From Mobula hypostoma (Eukaryota), in the NCBI RefSeq assembly GCF_963921235.1, contig NC_086108.1, positions 49,974,001 through 50,038,000 on the forward strand: DNA of 64,000 nt, in the 5' to 3' direction. Of the stretch, positions 27,024 through 37,300 are shown piece by piece. Positions within the stretch are counted from its first letter, which is position 1. Every line of letters starts with the position of its first letter. The position numbers and the translations under genes are program-made. The notes beneath the pieces are model-generated. The model saw nothing but the letters and a program-made list of their open reading frames with translations, ran no database searches and was not told the DNA's origin.

Positions 27024-27687
27024 GAAGGAGGCGAGAGGAGAAGATGGCGACGCGATGCAGCGCGCGTGGCCTCTCCGGTGATGAACATCTGTAATCTGTC
27101 AAGTAGGATGCCGTGCATAATTCTGATTTGATGGAGGCAGACGTGAGAGCATGGAGGAACATCTGGTGAAACTTCTGAAATGCCTGTTTTGCTGCCGATG
27201 TTACTGTGTGATCCGAAATCTCCAGAGGGGAAGGCCCCGAGTCCTCGGCTTTGCCTGTTGCTTGGCAGCCGGGGCTGGGGTCAAAGTGCTCAGGAGAGAT
27301 GGTGCTCGGTGGTCCGAGGCTCGAAGTTTTCGGACGGACTCAGAGTCCGACTGTGGTCAGGTGCTTCCAGGATGCTGCATCGGCAAGTTTGCGGCGCTGG
27401 AAGCTCATGGCGGGGAGAGTTTCTCCCTCCTACAATCTGCGTGAGGTGTTGGGGCTATCGGGACTTTGAGACTTTTTTTTACCATGCCTGTAGTCTGCTC
27501 TTTATCAAATTACAGTTTTTTTTGCACTGTTGTAACTATATGTTACAATTATGTGTTTTTAGTCAGTTTTAGTCTTGGTCTTTCTTGTGTTTCTGTGATA
27601 TCATTCTGGAGGAACGTATCAATTTTTAATGCATGCATTTCTAAATGACAATAAATGAGGACTGAGTGTCCTCATAATCTAATCTAA
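27024..27687 (+). mobile_element. Non-coding ~660-bp retroelement, copy 2 (apparently full length), nested in Penelope
   Basis: YY1-type AAGATGGCG at 27041-27049; hairpin ATGAGGAC/GTCCTCAT at 27655-27675; (TAATC)n tail. Penelope sequence resumes on both sides. Confidence 0.85.
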
Positions 27688-28799
27688 TTAATGTTCATGC
27701 CATTAGGCAGGAGATAATATAGATTGATCTGAAGTGTTGCTCCTCCAACCTGAGAGTGGCCTCATCGTGGCAGAAGAGGAGGCCATGAACCAACATGTTA
27801 GAACAGGAATGGAGATGAGAACTAAAATGGTTGGCTACTATGAAATTCTGTTTTTTTGCAGATGGAGCTGAGGTGCTCAACAAAGTAGCCTCATAATCTA
27901 TGTCAGGTCTCACCATTGAAGAGGAGGCCACATTGGGAGCACCAGATACAACAGATGACCCCAACAGATTCACAGGTAAAGTGCTGCCTCACCTGGAAAG
28001 ATTGCTTGGGGGCCCTGAATGGAGGTGAGGCAGGAGATGAATGGGCAGGTGTAGCATTTCTGCCGCTTGCAGGGGCAAGTGCCAGGAGAGAGATTAGTGG
28101 GGAGGGATGAATGGACAAGGGAATCACGGAGTGAGAATTCACTGTGGAAAGCGGAGAGCGGGGGGAGTTAAGATGTGTTTGGTGGTAGAATTCCATTAAA
28201 GGTGGTAGAAGTTATGGAGAATGATGTGTTGGATGCAGAGGTGAGGACAAGAGGAACTCTATCCCTGTTAAGCTGGGAGGAAGATGGAGTAAGCACGTAT
28301 GTATGGGAAATGGAAAAGATGTTGGGTGAGGGCAGAATCAATGATGGAGGAAGGGAAACCCTGTTGTCTGAGGAAGGAAGACACCTCTGATGTCCTGGAA
28401 TGGAAGTCCTCATCCTGGGAATAGATACAGCAGAGATGAAGGAACTGAGAAAAGAGAACAGCATTTTTACGGGAAATAGAGTGGGAAGAAGTATAATCAA
28501 GATAGCAGTGGGAATTGGTGGATTTATAAAAGATATCAGAGGACAGTTTGTCTCCAGTAATGGAGATAAAGCAAGTGAGAAAGGGGAGGGAGGTGTCAGA
28601 AGTGGACTAAGTGAATTTAAGGGCAGGGTGGAAGTGGAGACAAGGTTGATGAAATTGACTAGCTCAACATGGGTGCATGATGCAGGACAAATGCAGTCGT
28701 CAATGTAGCGCAGAAAGAGTTGGGGAGAATTACCAGGGAAGGCTTGTTACATGGACCGTTCCGCAAAGCCAATGGTGATGAAAGTGGATGTCTGAAGCA

Positions 28800-29150
28800 G
28801 CTAATAAGATCCTTACATACTTAATGAATTTACAGTTTTGCTCTGTAGAGGATAAATGTAAGCAGGCTTTTTTATCACTGAGGTTGGGTGGGACTACAAC
28901 CAGGGTTTATGGATTAAGGGTGAAAGGTGAAAATTTAAGGAGAACATGAGGGCAACACACACAAAGTGCTGGAGGGAATCAGTAGGCCAGGCAGCTTTTA
29001 TGGAAAAAGGTACAGTCGATGTTTTGGCAATGTTGACTGTACTTTTATCTATAGCTGCTGCCTGGTTGATGGGAGTAGGCAGTTTAATGGTTTCAGCATG
29101 GACTAGATGGGCCAAAGGGTCCACTTCTGTGCTGTACTTTTCCATGACTT
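28800..29150 (+). mobile_element. Decayed CR1 3' pieces with a small Penelope terminal fragment (~28950-29060)
   Basis: GGATTAAGGGTGAAAGGTGAAA and GGGCCAAAGGGTC..TTCTGTGCTGTA are CR1 tail motifs; CAACACACACAAAGTGCTGGAGG is the PLE repeat. Confidence 0.6.
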
Positions 29151-30019
29151 CATTACATACTGTTATAAAAATTACAATGGTTTAAGATTTTCCACTTATT
29201 TCAGTTAACACATTTTGGATGGATTTTCATTTCTATATTTGAGGATTCAACAGTGTTGAGGTTTTTTTTTGCAAATTCAGGCGTTAAATATTCATGATTT
29301 CCCCTATATAGTTGCGTGAAATTTCCAAAGTAGTTCCCTAAATTTTCCACCATATTGATGACAGGGGATTAGATTAGCTGAAACCCAAAAGGACAGAGGT
29401 AAAGGTTTGTGTTTGTTTTACTGTCTTGCACCGGTTAGGACAATTCGGGGAATTTCCATGAACAATATATGTAACTCATTTTAGTTTTAACAATTTAGTG
29501 TACAAAGAATGTGTCAATAAATACATAATATATAACATTTAAATAAAACCGAAACCATTTGTTGACGATCCCCTTGCTTATACAGTCCCAAAATGGCTGT
29601 AAAGGAACTTCCTAAAATGCAAATATGTAGAAGAGAAAAGATGAATGTATCTAAACTGGATGAATATTTAAGAAAAAACAGGCTGCCGAGTGGTGAGAAT
29701 ACCCTTATTTATAGGATCAGGCATCCCTGAGGCTTCATTGACTTTAATATACTTCAAGGATATTTAATGATCTGGATTTTTTCCTCAACCATTTATTATA
29801 CCTATATATAAGTTTTTGAACATAAAATTCCCTATAACACAGTTCTCTATCTAGCATTCGACAACTTTGTAGGTGGACATCTCATACAGATGGCAAATCC
29901 AGTGGTTGTTGGTAATGGTTTTGTGGCTACAGCACAAGAAGAGGAATTTCTCAAAACAAGAATGACAAGCAGAACATGAAGATGTGGGGTTTCTGGTGTG
30001 AACACAATATAGGACGTGG

Positions 30020-30445
30020 ATCATAAACACAAGAGATTCTGCAGTTGCTGGAAATTCAGCTTAAGAATGACAATGAGGGTCTGGGAATGGCTGTGTTTCC
30101 TTCTTGAGGCTGAAAGAAAGCCAGCTGTGATGTGCGAGAGATATAATTTCCAAAACGTCTGGTTCCTTGTCCCTTCCTATCAGATTCTTTCTTCAATGGC
30201 CCTTCGCCTCTTCCACCAATCACGTTCTCAATTCATCCCTCCTCCCCCATCCACCCAACTTCACCCTCACTTAGTTTCAACAATCACTTATATTCATTCC
30301 CTTTCCCCCACCTTCTTATACTGTCTTCTTCCCCTTTCCTTTCCAGTCCTGATGAAGGATTTTGGACAGAAATATCAACTGTTGGTTCCTCTCCCTAGAT
30401 GCTGCCTGATCTGCTGAGTTCCTCCAGCATTTTGTGTGTGTTGTT
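30020..30445. mobile_element. Penelope-like terminal repeat fragments in inverted arrangement
   Basis: CAGTCCTGATGAAGG...GAAA motif at 30344-30381, then GATGCTGCCTGATCTGCTGAGTTCCTCCAGC; an opposite-orientation end lies at ~30020-30057. Confidence 0.7.
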
Positions 30446-31530
30446 GATGTGATTGATTTGAATTTCCTTCCACCCATACCACAGGGCACTTGAAATATGA
30501 TGCTAAATCTTTTAAAATCCTGACATTAATAAGGTTTATCTGTTTTACAGGATTAATGCTCAATACTCAATGGCTGAGGAAAGGATTTGATATCAAATTT
30601 ATTCACCAAGTCTGCTTTTCCAACAAGTACTGCCTTCCGTTACGACTAATGGATGTGTACACTATTAATTAGGGCAAAATACTGATCTTTATAAATTCAA
30701 GGCAATGCTTTTGCAATTCACAAACCTTTAGAAATGTGAACCAGTGACTTTCTAATCCATTCGGTAAAGATGAATCCATGCTCCTGCATTTGGTCCAAAT
30801 GGCATCTATAACCAGACACAGCTGGAAGGTGAATATTTTTAGCCAGAAACATATATTTATGTTCTGCTGAGTTTGTAATTGCAACATGATTCCTTATTAT
30901 GAGCACTGTATCACAACACAAGAACATTCCCTAATATGAGAATTAATTAGATTCTACGAGGAGTATGCTACCAGTTCTCATCTTCAGTTGCATGTCTATT
31001 TCAGCTGATTTAAAATGAATAAAAATGAATCAGAATAGGATTTCAAGTAAAGTGAACAAATTATGCTTTCTACTGGAGTCCTAATGTTAATTGATGTAAA
31101 GTGTTTATGGGCAAACATTAACATACATTTCAGTCTCTATCAAATGATGCTAATGGCCAGAGATTTGGATGCTTGCTGACATCTGACAATTTCAGAACAA
31201 AAGACGTGCTACCATTCTATTCTTTGCTGATGAAGCTGCATTCCTCTCCATCTCACTCGATGAACCCCAGATCACAAGGAACAAAGTATCCGATGCCAGA
31301 ATCTATCTGGGCATGGCAATATGGCAACCAGTTTCATTTGCAACAGTTGTCATGTCATGAAGTTCCACCGTCCCATCTAAAATCCATTCTGGACAATGCA
31401 AATGACTTCTGTTATCTTGACTCAGTTCTTGTTAGTTAACTTAGATTTGATAAATCATGTCATGTGTAAACTGCAAAGTCTGTGCCACAGTGGCAAACTT
31501 ACTTCATATAATAATAACATGCAGAATATA

Positions 31531-33355
31531 TCATAAGACTATAAGACGTAGGAACAGAATTAGGCTATTTGACCCATCAAATCTGCTTCATCATTCCATC
31601 ATGGCTGACTTATTATCCCTATCAACCCCATTCTCCTGCCTTCACCCTGTAATCTTTGTTGCCGTTCCTAATCAAGAATCTATCAGCCTCCACTTTAAAT
31701 ATACCAAATGACTTGCACTCCACAGCCATCCCTGGCAATGAATTCCACAGATTCACCACCCTCCGGCTAAAGAAATTCTTCCTTATCTCTGTTCTAAAGG
31801 GACGTCCTTCTATTCTGAGGCTGTATTCTCTGGTCCTGGATTTCCTCACTATAGGAAATATCCTCTCCGTATCCACCCTATCTATGCCTTTCGATATTTG
31901 ATAGGTTTCAATGAAGTACTCCTTCATTCTTCTAAATGCCAGTGAGTAAAGGCCCAGAGCCATCACCTGCTCATCATAAGTCAACTGTTAGATAAGGAGC
32001 TTAAACTGCTCACATTATTCCGAGTATGGTCTGCCCAATGCCTGACAAAGCCTAAGCATTATCATCCTTGTTTTTAAGTTTTAGTCCTTTCAAAATGATT
32101 TGCCTTCCTTACCACCAACTCAACTTGCATGGCAATGTTTAGGGAATCCTGCACAAAGAATCCCAAGTCCTCTTGCATCTCTAATTTCTGAATTTTCTCC
32201 CCTTTTAGAAACTAGTCTATGCCTTCTACCTAAGGGCGTGACCATACACGTCCCTACACTATATTCCATCTGCATCTGCTTTAACCATTCCACCAAACTG
32301 TCTAAGTTCTTTTGCAGAGTCCCTGCTTTCTCAACATTACCTGTTCCTCCCCTTTTTTTCATATCATCCACCAACTTGGCCACAAAGCCATTAATACCGT
32401 CATCTAAACCGCTGATGTATAATGTGAAAAGAAGCCATTCCCAACACCGACCCCTGTGAAGCATCACTGGTCACCAGCAGCCAAACCAGAAAAGGAGACG
32501 CCCTAGATTTACAAGGATGTTGCCTGGGTTGGGGAGCATGTCTTATGAGGATAGGTTGAGTGAACTCGGCCTTTTCTCCTTGGAGCGACTGAGGATGAGA
32601 GATGACTTGATAGAGGTGTATAAAATGATGAGAGGTATGGATCATGTGGATAGTCAGAGGCTTTTTCCCAGGGCTGAAATGGCTAACATGAGATGGCATA
32701 GTTTTAAGGTGCTTAGAAGTAGGTACAGAGGAGATGTCAGGGGTATGTTTTTTTTAAGCAGAGAGTGATGAGTGCATGGAATGGGCTGCCGGCGACAGTG
32801 GAGGAGGCGGATACAATAGGGTCTTTTAAGAGACTCCTGGACAGGTACATGGAACTCAGAAAAATAGAGGGCTATGGGTAACCCTAGGTAATTTCTAAAG
32901 TGAGTACATGTTGGGTACAACATTGTGGATCAAAGGGCCTGTATTGTGCTGTAGGTTTTCTATGTTTATTCCTCACTCTTTGCCTCCTACCAGTCAGCCA
33001 ACATTCTATCCATGCTAGTATATTTTCTGTAATATCATAGGCACTTGTTTAGCAGCCTCATGCGCGGCACTTTGTCCAAGGCCTTCTGAAAACTAAAGCA
33101 AACAACATCCACTGAATCTTCATCGTCTATCCTGCCTGTTATTCCCTCAAAGAATTCCACCAGATTTGTCAGGCAAGATGATCATTTAGGAAACTGTGCT
33201 GACTTTGGTCTATTTTATCATGTGCCTCCAAGTACTCCAAAATCTCATCCTTAATAATGGACTCCAATATCTTGCCAACCACTGAACGCAGGATAACTGG
33301 CTGAGAATTTCCTGTTTTTTGCCCCTTTTCCTTCTTAAAGAATGGAGTCACATGT
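31531..33355 (-). mobile_element. Degraded CR1 LINE (RT to 3' tail) hosting a younger CR1
   Basis: ALGLYSLAFRRM...NFFSRRVVNLWNSLP; FVAKLVDDMK (decayed FADD); TPFFKK...VGKILESIIKD. Confidence 0.88.
32505..32967 (+). mobile_element. CR1 3' fragment (same subfamily as 10285-11184) nested in the opposite orientation
   Basis: MLPGLGSMSYEDRLSELGLFSLE; tail GTAGGTTTTCTATGTTT; host CR1 continues on both sides. Confidence 0.9.
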
Positions 33356-34613
33356 GCAAGATGTGGACTATTATTTACAGGTGTGAAAGCTGGGTCATAT
33401 ATGCAAGCAGGGGGCAGAAATTGAACAGTTTCTATCTTCTATGTCTTAGAAGAGTCTTTGCAATCACTTGAGATCAACAAGTGAGAGAATATCAAGAGAC
33501 AGCCATTCTCACTTTGTACAGACTATGCTGCCATCTCACAGGCTTTACTGGCTGGGAAACACTGAGTGCATACCTTGGGAATGTTTGTCAAAGCCTTCGT
33601 TCATTGGCCAAACTCACAACCAGTACTAAAACAACAGCAGCAAACATCTGGGGATGCTGGCAAAGCCTGCAGCAGATATTGTAAAAGTAAACCAAAAAAA
33701 ACCTGTTGAAGCAGCCCAATAAACTGGGAAATAGAATACGTTCCACCCTCTCTCTGGTAAGGGAGCTGAAATCATCATGTGAAAGTATGCAGCTTGTATT
33801 TAAAAAAAAACACCTCTACTTTTTGAAATAAAAAACAAAAAATGTCATTCATTTCAGCAAACTTTTCATCAAAATTGGATGAACAAGATAAACAAGATGA
33901 ATGAAAATCTAACTTTGGCAAAAGATCATTAACCTGAAAACTAGCTTTGTTTCTTTTTCCTCAATTGCAGTCTCAGCTTCTAAATACTTCTGTTTTTATT
34001 CCACATTAACTCACTTTGTTATGTCTTTTATCCGTCCCGTTGCTGGACACCCATTTCCATCTCCTCAAAAATGCACTTGCTCAATCAGGGCTACTAGTAA
34101 ATTGAGTAGACAAGATACTCTCACAGGAATAGAAATACACAACTGAGTAATTTTCATTAGCAAATCTTTGTACCTATGGTGCCGACGGGGAAGTTTCTAG
34201 GATATGTAAAATAATGGAAGATAGAGGGAAGTGGATGGAAGATGCAAGTAGATGTGGAATATCAACATAAGACCAGGGGAATGCTTTCTAGGAAGGGCAA
34301 GGTATAGTGCAATCTTGACTTGGCATTTATTGAAGAGTACAGATTTAAATGATATTGAAAAGGAGTGCTATCCAACTGCAGAGATGAATGCGATGGTTGT
34401 GTGTGTGTGAGACACCATGCACAGCAGCAAACCAGTGGTGACTTTAAGAAGGACTCACAGCAAATGATGCAGCAAAGAAGCTATTTTACACTTTTACTGG
34501 TATAATTGATTCTATTGAAGAGAATCAGAAGCAACAGGTGAGCTGGAACCTACCAGCCTTCTCCTTCTCACTCTTCCCCCACCTTCTTTACAGGGCCTCT
34601 GCTCCTTCCCTCT

Positions 34614-34653
34614 TCAGTCCTGACGAAGGGTTCCAGCCCGAAACATTGACTGA
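34614..34653 (+). ncRNA. Minimal type I hammerhead-ribozyme-like motif in a Penelope terminal repeat (probably decayed)
   Basis: TCAGTC-CTGACGA-A-GGGT(TCCA)GCCC-GAAA-CATT-GACTGA: 6-bp stem I, both core boxes and stem II are present. Confidence 0.65.
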
Positions 34654-34949
34654 TCGTTTCCACGGATGCTGCCCGACCTGCTGAGTTCCTCTAGCGTGTT
34701 GTGAGTGTACCTTCTACCTGATGAGTGTACCTTCTACAATGAGAAGAGGGCATGTCCTAGGTGGCGGGGAACTTTAATAATGGATGTCGTCTTTCCGAGA
34801 CATCCTTGAAGATGTCTTGGATGGAGCTGACTAATTTTACAACTTTCAATAGCTTCTTTCGGTCCTGTCTTTGGGCATGTGCACAGTATATTTGCAGAGC
34901 GAAGCCCCATGCATAGACAGGTCTACTGTACATTATCTAGTCATCTATT

Positions 34950-36100
34950 AAGTCAGGCGAGGTCCCAGAGGACTGGTGAATGGTTTATTTAAAAAGGGGA
35001 ACAGGGACAAACAATTCTAGGCCAGTGAGCCTGACATGGCTGGTAGGGGAATTCGTGAAAATTCATATGGACTGGTTTTACTTTCACTTGGAAAAGTATG
35101 GATATGCTGAGAAAAGTCAGCAGTGTGGGGGAGGTCCTGATCACTAATTTGATTAAGGTTTTTGAGGAAGTTACAAGGGAAGGGATTTGATATTATATGT
35201 ATGAAAAGCATTCGATGAGGTACACCATGCAGGCTGGTCCAGAAGAATGACCTCGATGGTAAGTTGATTAGTTGGGTATAAAATTGGATTGGTCATCCAA
35301 GACAGAGGGATGTATTGGAGGGGTGTTTCTCTGACTGGAGGTCTGACTAGTGGTGCTCCACTATGGGAGGTCAAATACAAGAGGAAAGGATACAGCAAGT
35401 GGCAGAATTCTTAGGAACATTGATGTACGGGGAGCTGTTGTGGTGCAAGTCCATACCTTCTTGAAAGTGCATCACATATGAACAAGTGGCAAAAAAGGCA
35501 CACAGTGAGCTTCCCCTCTGAATAACACAGTACGCAACTGCATCTGTGTAAAACTTTAGTTAGGCCTGATTTGGAGTACTGTATGCACTTATGTTAATTT
35601 CACTATAGGGGACATGTGAAGACTTTTGAAGAGGGCACAGAAAAGGTTTCCCATAACGGGGAAACTTAGATTGGATCATGTTGCCACAAGTTTGGACAAA
35701 CTTGGATTATCTTAAATGGGGCATTGGAGGCCGAGGAGCAATCGGATCTAAGTACATACAATTATAAGAGGCACAGATAGGGTGCAGCCTGTTTCTCAGT
35801 GTGGAAATGTCAATATGAGGGAACAGGTTTAAAGGGACGTGAAAAGTTTAAAGGGAGTGTGTGAGCTCAGTTTTGTTTTAAACACAGACGTGTCAGTGGC
35901 TGGAATGCGGTGCCAGGCTTTAGGCAGGAAGAGTGAACACACGCCCAGTATTTACAATGAGAGGCTGGACCAAGGCTCAGGCAGGGCACAGGATCCCAAA
36001 CACATGCAGGTAAACGGAATTAGTTTCGATTAGCATCATGGTGGGTGAAAACATGGTGCATCCTGTTCCTGTGCTACACTGCACTTCCCTTGTTCTATGG
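34950..36100 (+). mobile_element. Old, heavily decayed CR1 RT-to-tail fragment
   Basis: GTCCCAGAGGACTGG, AGGCCAGTGAGCCTGAC, TTGGAGTACTGT and CCTGTTCCTGTGCT are colinear with the CR1 at 50600-52633. Confidence 0.7.
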
Positions 36101-36499
36101 AAGAATCTTTAGGCGAAGAAGCTTAGCGATATTAGTCGAAATACGAGAATTTTTACACCTAGTACTTTATTTTAATGGTTTATCTAAAATATATCATCAT
36201 TAGAAGTGTAGCACTGCCTCTATTTGGAACATCACCTAGGTCTTGTTTGTAGAATGACAGTTGAACTGACCAACTTTATGGCTCGAAATCTGCTAGTTAT
36301 TGAGCCCTGTTCGTTTCTAAATTGAGAAAATTCAGAATAAAAACATGCCAAAGCAACAGTAGGCACAAAACAAGTCCAAAATAAGATGCAAACTCTAATC
36401 ATATGCCTGTACAAATCTACGTCCACGATACTCTTCCAAGTGAACAGGTTTCTAACAAACTCCTCTTCTCAACGTTTGCAATGTATTTATACCTTGGAA

Positions 36500-37300
36500 G
36501 GAGGGAGGAAGTGTTGCTTGCTAATCTTTGGCGAGTTGTGTGCGTGTTTCCGCCGGATGGCAATGCGGGTTGCACCGGTTGGGAGCCGGAAGTGAGTGGG
36601 ATGGAGGAGGGGGCGGAGGAACGGGGGGGACGGTGTCGGTGGTGACACCGATGAAGCAGCCGCCGCCACCAGCAGCAGCAGCAGCGAGCCGAAAGCGGCC
36701 TCTGGGCAGCGCGCTGAGCGACACCCGGCGCCCCTGACCCGCCGACGGCCTGCACACCACCGCTCGCCAGCCCACCCTCTCCCGAGGCGGCTCTCTTTTT
36801 TTTTGGCAATTATTTTGACGGTTTTATTTTTTTTCCGCCCTCTATCCAGCGCCGAGCTATGAGTTTAACCTCCTCCTCGCCGACGGTATCCGGATCGTTC
36901 AGCACTCGGGAGATTACATGGCGGCTGCTGCTGGGCTTTAGCCAGGAAGAATGAACACGCTCTGCGCGCAGTATTTACGGTGAGAGGCTGGAGCGGGGCT
37001 CGGGCCTGTTGCTAATGGCGGCCGGAGCAGTGGGAGGTGTTTGACCGGGGATGTTGGGGTAGGTAGAATGATGGGTTATTATTCGCTTTCTCGGCATCAG
37101 GCCTGAGCCCCGCTCTCGGTTTCCACACTAGGTAAACGGAGCGTGTGGAAGCCGTGCGGTTGCTTAGTGTCCTCGTCTCGTCCTCCCCGGTACCAAATAC
37201 AGAGCTGCCATCTCTGGCATCAGGTCGGGGCATGCGCGCCGCGACTTGCCAAATAATGTTTGAACTCCCCCCCCCCCCCCCGCCATCACCGATGCTAGAG
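36500..37300. promoter_or_regulatory. CpG-island, TATA-less housekeeping-type promoter
   Basis: Only non-repeat GC/CpG-rich segment in the window. ETS CCGGAAGT 36586-36593, GC box GGGGCGGAG 36610-36618, YY1-like ACATGGCGGC 36916-36925, NRF1-like TGCGCGCA 36963-36970. Confidence 0.85.
36850..36979 (+). other. 5'-leader exon of an unidentified gene (exon 2 if 36592-36849 is spliced, otherwise the 3' part of exon 1)
   Basis: Upstream TTGAC branch-like motif, T-rich tract and CCAG acceptor (AG at 36848-36849); donor ACG|GTGAGA at 36979/36980; upstream donor GAA|GTGAGT at 36591/36592. Confidence 0.6.

Larger units (their letters stand above)
26563..28775 (-). mobile_element. Penelope-like element (RT C-terminus, GIY-YIG endonuclease, terminal repeat with hammerhead motif), degraded, hosting two insertions
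   Basis: FTCESVGVICCIWCSQCGLLFNGET is a PLE GIY-YIG motif; NRDRVPLVLT also present; terminal repeat at 26563-26700. Confidence 0.85.

Noticed and set aside
31173..31439. 88-aa ORF ending ILDNANDFCYLDS
   Set aside because: Resembles a decayed RTE-type LINE motif (LENVxxFxYLGS); too weak to call, and not a credible host gene.
36859..36954. uORF2 begins MSLTSSS (like the CISD1 N-terminus) and contains ITWRLLLGF (like TBC1D22 TBC domains)
   Set aside because: Matches are only 7-9 residues, the ORF stops after 31 aa, and no further exons of either gene are visible, so no gene symbol was assigned.
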